Part shown: positions 51,882 through 63,269 of the stretch, one piece after another
Layout: each line of letters starts with the position of its first letter
Numbering within the stretch: position 1 is the first letter of the stretch
NCBI RefSeq assembly: GCF_000497125.1
Contig: NC_090603.1
Span: 310,001 to 374,000 of the forward strand
Direction: 5' to 3'
DNA from: Spironucleus salmonicida
Taxonomy: Eukaryota
DNA length: 64,000 nt
Translations under genes and position numbers: made by a program
Notes under the pieces: generated by a model
Told to the model about the DNA's origin: nothing
The model's database searches: none
The model's input: only the letters and a program-made list of their open reading frames with translations

Positions 51882-52985
51882 TCACCACTTCTAGGTGATT
51901 TACTGGCCGCTTAGTATGGATTTAAACGTATCTACAATGCTCCCTTTCTGAAGCTCCTTCCCAAGCCAAATTAGGCTATTTTCTCTATTTTCATATTTGA
52001 CCGCCAGCCTTTTACCATCAACAATGATATTCCCGTCTAGATCAGTTATTTACTCTTTTTTGCCTTTTGCAACAAAATAAACTAAATCATTGTTTCTCCC
52101 AACTATTATCGTACCTTTTTTAACGCGTTTGCGCATGTTTTTGACGTAACTATAAGAAGAAAAACACATTGGGTGCCTCATTGTGTAAAGTTGTTAAATG
52201 ATTTATACCAATGCTGGCACAAATACCATAAATTGCATAACAAGCTATAAAACATTATCTATGTTTCCAACTGCGTAAAGAATAATTGCGCTAGATTTGT
52301 ATGTAAATTTTTCAATAATAGCCATATCATGTGACGGAAATGTTTAAAAATGCCACTAAAAGGTAGCTATGGCACACGTAGAATAGAAAATCATGGTTAT
52401 TCCAGATAATAAAAATAATGACAATACAATAATAAAAAATGGTATTTTATTGCTGTTACCAATGTCAGACGCTACCCAAGGACAAGTATGGTCGTATTAA
52501 TAAACACAACCATATGAGCCGTGATAAACATGAGGATAACCATTTAATTAGCAAATCTCGCATGCCCCAGAGTGAATTGATACATTATCCTATTTAGGCA
52601 TAAATGAAGGTTTTGATATTATTAATTTATAGAAATTAATTAAAATCGATGTAAATAATATTAAAGATATTGCAGAAATTAACGGTGATCTTAAAATAAC
52701 AGGTGATGGTTAGCGTTGCTTATCAAAAGGAACAGAAGCAACGAACTATTGACAAAAACCAACACATTACGGAGAATATTTCGTTGTATTAACAATCGTC
52801 ACTGTAGTAGAAATAAGGTATACAAGTAAGAAAAATGGAGGGATAATTTACTTAAGTTTAAAATTTATAAAGCACTTAATATAAATTGGATATGTAGACT
52901 TGGCCTTCTATCTTAGTATGCTTATTATTATTTTAGATAAAATTAAGGCAGCAAACGAAAGAATAATAATTTTATACCCTTTCAT
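51882..52985 (-). CDS. DHHC-family palmitoyltransferase-like multi-pass membrane protein (DHTC variant), 367 aa
   Basis: Hydrophobic helices flank CEICQLNGYPHVYHGSYGCVYQYDHTCPWVASDIGNSNKIPFF. Confidence 0.82.
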
Positions 52986-53435
52986 TTTAAATCAAAATTA
53001 ATATATCAATTTATAATATATAAATACTAATATTTTAGTTGGTGAAATTTTTCATTTCAAGAATAAATCATTTTTAACACATTGTATTTTTAGTCTATAA
53101 ATAGAAATAATTTTATATTTATATAATTTAAATGATTAAATTTACATTTTATACTAAATTTTATATCTAGTTAGGTATCCTATTAATCTTATATATTATA
53201 TTATTTCTGTGTAGACATTTTTAAAATAGACCACATAACTTCTAGCCAAATGATCTTATAATATATAATTATAGCAATAAATTAAATGATCAGCATTCAA
53301 AAAAGTTCAACTGTAGATATTCATCATCGAAAATGTATTATAATCTATTACTACTCAATATTATTTCATAGAGAAGTTATCTGATCAGGAGCATATCCAG
53401 GTATCTTTATATTATCCTGCATTCAACTTCCCAGA

Positions 53436-53636
53436 ATGAGACCCATTAAATCGCTATTGATGAAGAAAGGCAAGTTTACAAAACTGATGAACAAAAGCTA
53501 TGGCATGCGATCGTTTCTGCGGGTAGGACAGTGCTACAACGCATCCGAGTCATTCGAGCTGCACCTCATCGACACCAAGGAGGTCATGACGCTGCTAACA
53601 CTCGACATTCCAGTCGAAGAGCTGATCCGGATTTGA
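53436..53636 (+). CDS. MRPI-type microprotein, 66 aa
   Basis: MRPIKSLLMKKGKFTK...EVMTLLTLDIPVEELIRI*: basic N-terminus and acidic C-terminus, like the 34.5-37 kb trio. Confidence 0.5.
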   Translation: MRPIKSLLMKKGKFTKLMNKSYGMRSFLRVGQCYNASESFELHLIDTKEVMTLLTLDIPVEELIRI

Positions 53637-53660
53637 TGCAGATTTCAAGTGAGAAATTAG

Positions 53661-54593
53661 TCACTGACGCCCAACGCGTATTTCCGCGAACGGGTTGCTC
53701 GCAAACGCCATGCTACGCCGTGTATTTTGCGGCCTGTCGCCGCTGTTCTGCATCAAAAATGCGCTGAGGCGCTCGAAAAATGCGTTCCCAGCATCTGCGT
53801 CGCCCTCGACCGCCTGGTAGCCCTGCACGAACGCGTAGATGTCGTCCCCACTCACGCCCGAAATCCGGAACTTCTGGCGCTCCTGAAGCCCGAAATTGTT
53901 GCCCTGCCGCAGCACCTGGATGCGCACGCCGGAGCCTGGCTGGAAGAACACTTCAAAGGGGCCAATTTGGACCGTAGAGGCACACTGCACGTGGTCGTTC
54001 ACTATGCGCTGGTAGGTGTTGCGCTGGAACTTCGTCAGGCAGAGCGCCCGCAGGGCCTCTAAATCAGCACCCTCGCCATCGAAGGACTCACTTAGATTGG
54101 CGCTGTTGCTGTGCTCCAGGTTGAGCAGGTTCGGCACTAGGATCTGCGTCTGCAGTGACGTGGGTGCGACGAGCTGCGTCTCGAAAATGAAGCCCAGGCG
54201 GTCGATTTTGACACAGAATGGGTCCATCTACCCCTAGTTTAGGAGGGTGTGGATGTAAGAAACGAGGTCCGCAAACGTAGCGTCGCTGACTGCAATTTGG
54301 GCTATCGATAGGTCGTCAATTCGGAGCAAAAGCTCGTCCTGAGAGAGTTAGACGGCCTTCGAGAATGATGTTACCTTTACGAGCTTAAACGGGTTCGTTA
54401 GGGAGTCGAATACTTGAATCTGGCGTTTTAGGGCAAAAATCGAGCGAGAGGCTAGCTTTTTGCTGAGGAACTTGGATGGTTTTTTCGTAATGAAGACTAC
54501 TAAAAGGTTTCGGGATTCAAAATCTAATTTGTAGGTGCTTAATGGAAATTCTGTAAGGTTTTTCGACTAAATATCGTACTAGTAAATTGTCAT
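53661..54593 (-). CDS. Hypothetical protein, 310 aa
   Basis: Open code-6 frame MTIYQYDIQSKNL... to CAG-TGA. Confidence 0.75.
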
Positions 54594-54641
54594 TTAATTG
54601 TAAAATAATTAATTAATTAGTATTATTATTATTATATAATA

Positions 54642-55115
54642 TCACTTTTCTTCATAAAATAAAAATTTTAATTTAAGGTCTCCTATGACTTTGTCGCCGT
54701 CTATTTAGATATTTTTAAGCTTTTGAGCTACCTCGTCTCCGTTAACCATATAGCCGAAAATACTTCCTTAATTTTTAATTTTGTTGCTTAATTGAACATA
54801 AAAGCCACTACCTATTCGATATTCTAGACCAGTTGCTGCTAGGGAATATTTAAACGGAGATGTGAGTGGACTTTCTGAATATAAATCCCCATGCGAGCAG
54901 AAACCAGTTCCACATTTAAAATCTCCTGACTCTAAGATATAATTTGGTTTATATCGGTGAATTTAAAGATCATTGAAATTTAAAACCGAATTCTATAGAA
55001 AATTATAAGATAACACTGATTAGTTATCATAAGTAGCAAATGTTATATTAGTTAGTGGTTTATTATTATATTCACATGAAAATTTTAATGTATAAAACTA
55101 AATTGCTACTAACAT
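54642..55115 (-). CDS. Divergent cyclophilin-type PPIase-like protein, 157 aa
   Basis: IHRYKPNYILESGDFKCGTG, YSLAATG, IGSGFYVQL and IFGYMVNGDEV follow the cyclophilin order FHR..F..QGGD..G.GG / LSMAN / NGSQFFI / VFG.V..G. Confidence 0.75.
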
Positions 55116-55379
55116 TTTTTATTCTACTAAATTATATGAGATTATATAATATTGAAAAATTATTTTGAAAAACATATGTAACCCAGTGAAATTTGTTAGA
55201 ATTTAGATAAACTGGTTTTATTCTAAGAATAAATAATAGCATATAATAAATAATACTATTTTTACTAAATATCGTTTACTTATTTATATCGTATATTAGG
55301 AATATTTTTTCGAAGCATTAGGGTAAAATTTAATTAGTAATATTATTATATTATCTTAAGTATGTAGGAATTTTTATAA

Positions 55380-55994
55380 ATGAATCATCATAAGTGGTCG
55401 GACGAAGAGATTGAAAAACTATATTCTGCTATAAAAATCTATGGCTTAGATTGGAAATAGATACAATAGAATTATTTTCAAAATTTAACACCTCTAACAA
55501 TAAAAAATAAGTATTATAAAAAAACAAAATCTAAGCAGAATGTATCAATTAAAGAAGAACTAGAAGTAAACTTTGAAAGCTCAATTTAGCGCTAAAGATA
55601 GTAAAGTAAACCGCAAAGTAGTAGTTATTAAGATATTTAACAAAGTATTTCCGTACCACCTGGAATACCCAGTTTTCAAATTTAACCAATACCAAATATA
55701 CCTTATATTTAGGACTAACAGAAACTACGAGAGATACCTTAATTTGTATAGCCTCCCATAATTTCCGATATACCATGTTCAAATAATTTATCAATAGAGT
55801 TTAATGGTGCATTAGCATCCCTTCCTTGGACAAGAAATCACTCTTTGCCATAAACAAATGAACCTAGTATAGTTATTGACGATGATAATATTGATAATAA
55901 AGATTTTGTTAGTTAGCTGATAAATACATTATAGTAAAGAAGTAATATGATGTTCTCTCCATTAATGAGCCCTGGTGAAAAAAGTGAAAATTGA
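55380..55994 (+). CDS. Myb/SANT-domain DNA-binding protein, 204 aa
   Basis: KWSDEEIEKLYSAIKIYGLDWKQIQ...TIKNKYY followed by a P/Q/S-rich region. Confidence 0.88.
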
Positions 55995-57104
55995 TATTAA
56001 TTCTATACACTATTTATTATTTTGAGATTTAATAATTCATTTTTGATTTCATTTCTTATTACTGTATATTTAAGCTATTAATAAACTGGCACTGGCTGAT
56101 GCTTATATAGACTGTAATCAACTCTATAATCACTTTATGTATTTCTTAAAATAGGAACTAGCTTTATTTAATAAGCTTAAACTCATCATATCTAAGTTTT
56201 AGTATAAAAACATCAATTCAATAAAAATTAGATTTTGGAATTTTCTTTAATTATTAATTAGACTATATTTAATAGAATAGCTATTTTTATATAGATATTG
56301 CTAATATTTCCATCAATAGCTTAAAATAGTTAGGATATTAAATCCTATAAATATTTATGAAGGCACTGATAATATTGTAAAACAAAATATTATTATTTTC
56401 TTACTAGAATAGATATTTTAGCTACATAAGCAAAATTTTACAATAAAACATAAATTTTATTTAACAAGTAATCGTAGTTTATATAAAATTATCTTGCTTG
56501 TAACCCATGTAGTCCTTTTTTTGGTATTATTATAAAGTGTATGCTTTTTATTCGTTGATTTTTTTCTAATAACCCGATTATTATATTCCTATGTTTTTAA
56601 CTACTGCTATCTTATATTTTAATTTTATTTAAACAAATTTGTTTTGAACTCTGTATGGTATATTTTTCAGATTCTTCTAAAAATTTCATGCTATTTTCAT
56701 TTTATAAGGCTAGCAATGTTACTATTTTAATATTAGACTAGTTGAATAACGAGATGCAGAATAATTAAATTTTTGTGTGATGCATTGTTAAATCATTAAT
56801 GATATTTATTAGTCACGTATCTAGTGTTGCATAGAAACTAATTATATAATTAGAATAATAATATTGATATATTTAATATAATTTATTCTCTCTGTTTAAA
56901 CTGTACGTTTCTTATATTTTTTTAGAAAAATAAGAATGTATTTTAATATTTTTACTACAGAGAAACTATTAATCGCAATAGAAATTACCATAGGACTCTA
57001 CAATTTACCTCATTGGTTTTTTATAGTAGTCAATATTACATTTTTTTTAATAATATTATAGTTATTATATACTATACTACAAATTATATTAGCTTATATC
57101 TAAA

Positions 57105-57617
57105 ATGAACTAAAAATAAAAAATATCTCTAATAAATTCAATTAAGTAAAATGATTATTTTCAACTATAGAAAATGACAACAATATAACTAAAATTCTAT
57201 GAGAAGCGTAAATTTTCATAAGCATGTATTTATCCTGGTTTCTTACCTATACATTATGCTTGCGCCTTCAAATCTATATAAATTTTAGAATTACTTTTAA
57301 ACACTTAAGTAAATTAACTTTCAAAATTTAATTTTTTTAGTTCTAAATATCAACTTTTTGGTTACCAAGTAAAGTCTAAATTGGATGCATTATAAATATG
57401 TGTTTTTGGTGATTTTTAAGAAGGAGCGGAGTTAATAATTTCGTATATTGTTGAACATAAGATGATTTATAAAAATGGAAAAGGACTTGTAGACTGCTGC
57501 CTGTATGCAAATAATTTTGTTGGAAATTGGATGCTAGATAGTGGATTTGCATGCTAATTTATGTCAAGTTCAGTTCGTGATGATTACAAGGAGGTCGGAA
57601 GGTTTTTAGGTAGCTGA
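57105..57617 (+). CDS. Ankyrin-repeat-like protein, AT-rich stand-alone paralog, 170 aa
   Basis: YPGFLPIHYACA..ILELLL..FFSSK...LDALQICVFGDFQEGA aligns with FEGFFGIHYACA..TLAVLL..FFSAR...ADCLAVSVYADFLDGA. Confidence 0.8.
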
Positions 57618-57881
57618 GTATATGAAATAAGTATGTATGATGAATGTGATTGATTTTTATTATTAATTACTAAACTGTGAGATATACTTTACTTATATAT
57701 TATAAAAAGGTATAATCTATTTAGATCTTTTTATATATTAAATTTAATTGCTAATATTGATATTTAAGTTATATTACTAACTTATATATTGTAAAATATA
57801 TATAAAAATAAATTTTTAATAACTTAAAAATAAATAGTACGTGCATATAGTTATATATTAATTTATAGTTATATTATCAAA

Positions 57882-58046
57882 ATGATGCCAAAATAGAATA
57901 CTGTTGCAACATTCGAAATAGCCTTTTCGATTGGATATTTACTTATTACAGCATTTTTTGCTAGTTTCATACTATACTAACTTTTCAAAGGTGCTAAAGT
58001 CACAAAAAGAGATTTAGGTTTTGAAATAATAGATGACCTTATCTGA
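57882..58046 (+). CDS. Small single-pass membrane protein, 54 aa
   Basis: MMPKQNTVATFEIAFSIGYLLITAFFASFILYQLFKGAKVTKRDLGFEIIDDLI*. Confidence 0.55.
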
Positions 58047-58787
58047 TGATTTATTTTTATGAGCATTTTGATATTAGTTTCTTAGCAGTAATCATTTACT
58101 AATAATTGATGTCTACTCTTTGGTTTTACCAATATTTTATATAAAAATAAACAAATTCATATTATTAAAATCAAATTGTTACACCTGCAATATTTTAGTG
58201 TATCTTCAAGTTGAAGCAATTTTTATGTTGAACCTAATACTAATGGGGAGTAGGTATTTTTATTTCTACATAGTAATCTGCCATTAGTTCATATCTAAAT
58301 CAAGTATATTATATTTATAGACTAGTTAAATATACTTTATATTATTTTACAAAATTTGCTTCAAGAGAAACTTATAAATTTAGATGAAAAATGCAACTAA
58401 ATCACATTTAACTTATGTCCTATCATCTATATCTCCCTGAATAAATTGAAACCCAGTTTAACCAAATTATTTCATTTACTATTACTATTAAAATTGTATT
58501 TGCTTCTTACCTGATAAATCCATCTTTTTCGTAAACCAGGTTATATTTTATATATTATTTTAAGTTCCTGTAAGTAGACTCAGAAAAAGCGTAAAATTGT
58601 ACAGATGAATTTTTAGTATTTACGAACAAATACGTATTATTACTGCAATTACTTAAAAGTAGTGTGTAAATTTGTGATTTACATTTACTACTAAAATCAA
58701 AGATAAAATGTACTACCTCAAAATTATTACCATAATTGGATTATTTTATCCTAATCACAGCAATAGTATTATTTCATTTCAATCAAA

Positions 58788-59867
58788 ATGTCCTGCCATA
58801 CCGATAAAACAAATTGCTTACTCTGCTCAGATGATACCCAATCTGGAACTTGTTCGTCCTGCAACCCAGGTTATACCCTCGCTACAGACGCCTGCGCAGA
58901 CTCCTGCGCCCTTATAATTCTCGTAGACGGATCCTGCAACGCTAATTCTGACTGCACCGACACCAAAAACTGCGAAGACTGCTTCGGTACTGCTGGAGAA
59001 TGCAGAAAGTGCAAAGCACCGTCTACGCTCGAAAATAACGTATGCGCCCCAGCAGTCGAAGACTGCAAGACAGGGTCTACTCTGATTGAAAATTGCAAAA
59101 CATGCGACTCCTCAACCCCAACTACCTGTGCAACCTGCGAGGCCGCATTCACACTCTACTAATAAGTTTGTATCGCAAATGAAGCCTGCAAAACTGATAC
59201 TAACTGCAAAACCTGCGACACTACCGACCCGAAAATCTGCAAAACCTGCAACGATGACTCCGTGCCAGAGTCTGGTGTCTCCTGCCCAGTGCCCGTCCCA
59301 GCTGAGTGCAAGGTCTAAAACTGCAAAACCTGCACCGCTGGAGACCCAAATACCTGCGAAACCTGCAACGATAATTTCAACCTCAATAGTGGCTCCTGCG
59401 TGGCCGCTGGGTCCGACGCCTCCTGCTAGAAGAACAACGTGAACTGCTAAACTTGCGATGCCACGGACAGCTCCAAATGCAAAACCTGCAAAGGCGGCTA
59501 CGAGCTCGCGGAGAACTTCTGCACGAAGCTGAGCGAGAACTGCACCAGCTACGACAGCGCCAAGGGATAGTGCGACGTCTGCAACGTCGCGTTCTTCAAG
59601 TCTGGCAAGTTCTGCGTGCCCTGCAAGGAGAACTGCACGCAGTGCACGTCTGCTACGAAGTGCTCGTTATGCGTGCTGGACTTTTACGCCTCCGATGACG
59701 TCTGCCTCCAGGCGTCCGTTAGCGGCGGTGTGATCGCCGGTGTCGCCATCGCCACCGTGGTTGCCCTCGGCGCCATATGCGTCCTCGCCTGGAGGGAGTT
59801 GAGGAAGAACAGAACTGCAGCCATCAACAATGCCAGCACCAGAGCTGGTAGTTTGGCCTTGGACTGA
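58788..59867 (+). CDS. Cysteine-rich membrane protein, 359 aa
   Basis: Many NCKTC/CxxC repeats, VSGGVIAGVAIATVVALGAICVLAW transmembrane segment and a cytoplasmic tail. Confidence 0.92.
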
Positions 59868-61510
59868 ACATTATTTTTTCTATATAAATTTGTATGGTGG
59901 GAGGAAATGCGCTGCGCTTGGATGGAGAAAAGTTCTAAATTGGCCAGATTGTACTTTTGGCTATATGGTACCAGCCGGATGCGTGCTTATGTTTTACATG
60001 TGCTGAAGATCTGCATGGCGGGGTCTGTCCTGTGCGATTTCAGCATCCTTGCATCTGCGAGAGGTCTTCTACCAGCCCAGATTTCTACTTTTGCGGGCAT
60101 GTGCCAGGGAACGTCATCTGGCAATGCCTGCTTTCGCGGGCGGGAGGATTTACGGGAACTGGGTGGATGAAGCTGATCATGCTGCAGATGTCTAGGAGGT
60201 GGTTCCGGCCCGAGCAGTGCCTTCCGCTGGGTATACTATTTGGGACCGGCGCGGGGAGAGGATATGTGAGTGCGCCCCTGGAGCGCAGATTGGTCCGCAA
60301 GTCGAATCACTCCAGCAGGCTCCCCTCGCGCTCGCCGTCTGCCCACCTCAGCACGGCCGCGCTGGTCTGATTGGCCACCGCCCCGCACACCGCGCCCAGC
60401 TGCCGCCCGAACGGGTAGCGCATCCCGCCCGCGTCGTAGAAGCGCATGATGCAGCGCGCGCCGTCGAGGAAGTCCGCGTACACGCTCACCGCCAGGCAGT
60501 CGGCCCCTTCCGGCACGGGCCGCCCACGCAGCGTCACGCGGGCCGAGAAGAAGGGCCGCTGCACCAGCTGCCCGCAGCACTTGGCTAGCAGCACGGCGAG
60601 CGTGCCCAGGGCGCTCCCAGCGCAGGCGTAGTGGATGCCGAAGAAGCCCTCGAAGACGCGCGCGCCGTCGGAAAAGCGGCCGTCGTGGGTCTTGCGCAGG
60701 CGCCAGAGCCGCTGCACGCCGCACACGTCGTTGTCGCCGCAGGCCAGCAGGAAGTCGGGGATGCTCATTGGGGAGCCTTCGTAACCCCCGCATCCAGCCG
60801 CTGGATGTGCGCGAAGCAGCCGAAGAGGCTCACCTCCTCGTCCTTCACCAGGGTCAGCTCGCGGCCGGCGCAGGCCCCCGTCAGCACACCCACCATGGCC
60901 GCGTCCAGCAGGTGCGTGTTCTTCGCCACGATGCCCCCGCAGATGATCACGCGCGCGGGGTCGAACAGCGCCACCACCTCCGCGATGAAGCGGGCCAGCA
61001 CCGTCAGGAAGGCGCGCATCACGAGCGCGGCCACCTCGCACTAGTGGGACTGCTCCGAGATGTACCGGGCCTTCAGGTTGTGCCGCATGTCCGCCTTCAG
61101 GACCTCCCGCACCTCCCGCGCGTCGGTGGATGCCACCCCACAGAACGCCGCGAGCGCAGAGATCGGCCGGCCTGAAAAGAAGTCGTACAGCGCACCGATC
61201 CCGGCCCCAGACAGCAACCGCTCGAAGGAGACGTGCTTGGTGCCGAGGTCATGGCACAGGTAGGCGACCAGCGCGAACTCCACCTCCGACGCCGCCGAGT
61301 ACCGCATATGGCCGCCCTCGGTGGGGTAGACCATCCCGTTCACGATGAACCCTAACCCGAGCCCGGAGCCAGCCCCCAGATAGACCGCGGTGTCCGAGGC
61401 CGCTGCGGACCTCGAGAACTGCTCCTTCTGAATCTGGTCCCAGAAGTGGGACTGAATCCCGCAACCGATGGCCGCGAAGTCGTTTATGAAACTGACTGGA
61501 CAGTTGAGTT
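59359..61510 (-). repeat. Right arm of ~2.15-kb inverted duplication
   Basis: Reverse complement of 41860-44009. Confidence 0.97.
60307..60768 (-). CDS. Ankyrin-repeat-like protein, copy 2, 153 aa; ATGA overlap with glucokinase
   Basis: Protein identical to 42600-43061. Confidence 0.8.
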   Translation of the reverse strand: MSIPDFLLACGDNDVCGVQRLWRLRKTHDGRFSDGARVFEGFFGIHYACAGSALGTLAVLLAKCCGQLVQRPFFSARVTLRGRPVPEGADCLAVSVYADFLDGARCIMRFYDAGGMRYPFGRQLGAVCGAVANQTSAAVLRWADGEREGSLLE

Positions 61511-61838
61511 ATTTTGAAAATTATTGGCTGTCGTATATATAATTGGTATTTTCATTCGTCATTTCGCATTTATTAGCCTCAATAGGTCCAGCTAATGCCA
61601 GGCAGCAACAAGTGAGATGCTTGATACCATACTATTTTAAAAACGAAATTATGGCTGAAACTAGTGTGGGGTGATCTTCTGTAAGATAGTTAGCCCTAAA
61701 TATGATGCTACCATCTTTCATTAATGCTAATCTGAGATTTGTTCCGCCTATATCGCCAACAATACAAATGTGCGAATTCAAGCCCTTTTGCGATTGCGGA
61801 TGAGCGATAATAATCTACGATTAGTTCACACAGCCCAT
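60765..61838 (-). CDS. glk: Glucokinase, copy 2 (intact motif), 357 aa
   Basis: MGCVNQ...IVGDIGGTNLRLAL...ALAGPI...MTN...INDFAA...GAGSGLG...PTEGGH. Confidence 0.93.
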
Positions 61839-61992
61839 TTTTATCTGATTCTCCTTAATATAAGTTATATACAAAATACATAAATACTTTGTATACTTAA
61901 ATTATCTATTTAATTATATTATATATATAATATTATAAAATAAACCACCACAATTTTTACTATTATTATATACTAATTGAAATAATTGAAAT

Positions 61993-62784
61993 ATGGGATG
62001 TGGAATCGACGCCAAAATTTTTTTCGACTCTATAGACCACGTTCCAGCGTATTTAACCAAAAACATAGCGTCCCAGCAGCAAAACGCCGCGCGCCACCCG
62101 CTCCCCCGCACATTCACGTCCTTCCAAATCGATCAGCACCCCGTCCAGTTCCAGCCTTTCAAGGCCCCAGAGGTGAACGAGGAGTTCTACAAGCTATCGG
62201 GCACGCAGAAGCTGGGATATTAGCGCTTTCTGGACGTGGTGCAGGCCAAGTTCATTCACGTGCGCGTGAAGGAGCTCGCTGAGTACGTTTTCAGCTGCAA
62301 GTCCTTCAGCGACCGAGCGAGCTACTGCACCAGCTACAGCTTCGTCACGAAGCCCATTTCGCGCGAGGAGTACGTCCAGATCCAGTACGTGATGCACCAC
62401 TGGAAAATCGTGCAGCTGTACCCGATTCTGGCGCTATTTCTGATCGCAGATGTGCTGCACCAGTACGCGATAACGTACCAGGAGCTCCTGAAGGCGTTTT
62501 AGGCACATTTCGGCTCCACCGAGAACGTGTTCATACGCAACTTCCAGATCTCGAAGAAGCAGCTGCATCATAAGGGCACTATCGAATTCAAGGCCCTGCT
62601 GGCCAAAATAGCCGAAATCAGCGAGCTTTTCCCGGAGCAGAACCCGTTCCAGGACGAGAGCTGTTACAGCGATACGCTGATGCGGGCGTTGGACAGCGAT
62701 ATGAATTTCCCGCTTGTGAGCACCCTGACGCGCCTGGAGCCGCTCGCGGTCGGTGTGTGCAGCAAGGAGACCAGTGCGGAGTGA
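61993..62784 (+). CDS. Hypothetical protein with N-terminal MGC, 263 aa
   Basis: Three track fragments joined by TAG codons. Ends GAG-TGA. Confidence 0.8.
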
Positions 62785-62801
62785 ATATAGTACAAAACGC
62801 C

Positions 62802-63194
62802 TCACTGGAGCCTCTGGAGTGTGTTCCAGCAGGCTTTTAGAACGTCCGCGGCGCGGTCTGGCGTCACAGCGTCCTGAATCTCCTGGGCCCGCTGCTGAAT
62901 CGCTTGAATCGGCGAGTTCGGGGCTTGAAGTTGGGCAATTTTGACGTCGTTAGATGCTGATCCGATTTATGCCTACGACATAAGTTGGTTTATCTCAGAA
63001 ATGCAGTGGGTCACATGGGCTTCTAGCTGAATTATCTGGGGGTACTTTTAAATGCAGGCGTCAAGAGTTTTCTGTGAAAATTACGACATGCCGAGCGTCT
63101 AAGCATAGGCCTTCTAAATCTTTTCGTCATGCTGCTATAATGGCAACTGTGTTGTGGCTTGCTGCTATGGTTGCGCTAATTATGTCTAGAACAT
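62802..63194 (-). CDS. Hypothetical Gln-rich helical protein, 130 aa
   Basis: MFQTQLAQPQQQATTQ...KACWNTLQRLQ*, ending CAG-TGA. Confidence 0.7.
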
Positions 63195-63269
63195 TATTAT
63201 ATGAAATTTATCCTATTCATATTATTTTAATATAATAATATATATTATTTTCATTCCTTAAATTTTAAA

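Noticed and set aside
41860-61510. Composite transposon bounded by inverted repeats
   Set aside because: I found no transposase or recombinase and no target-site duplication. The arms consist of host genes and fade into older homology.
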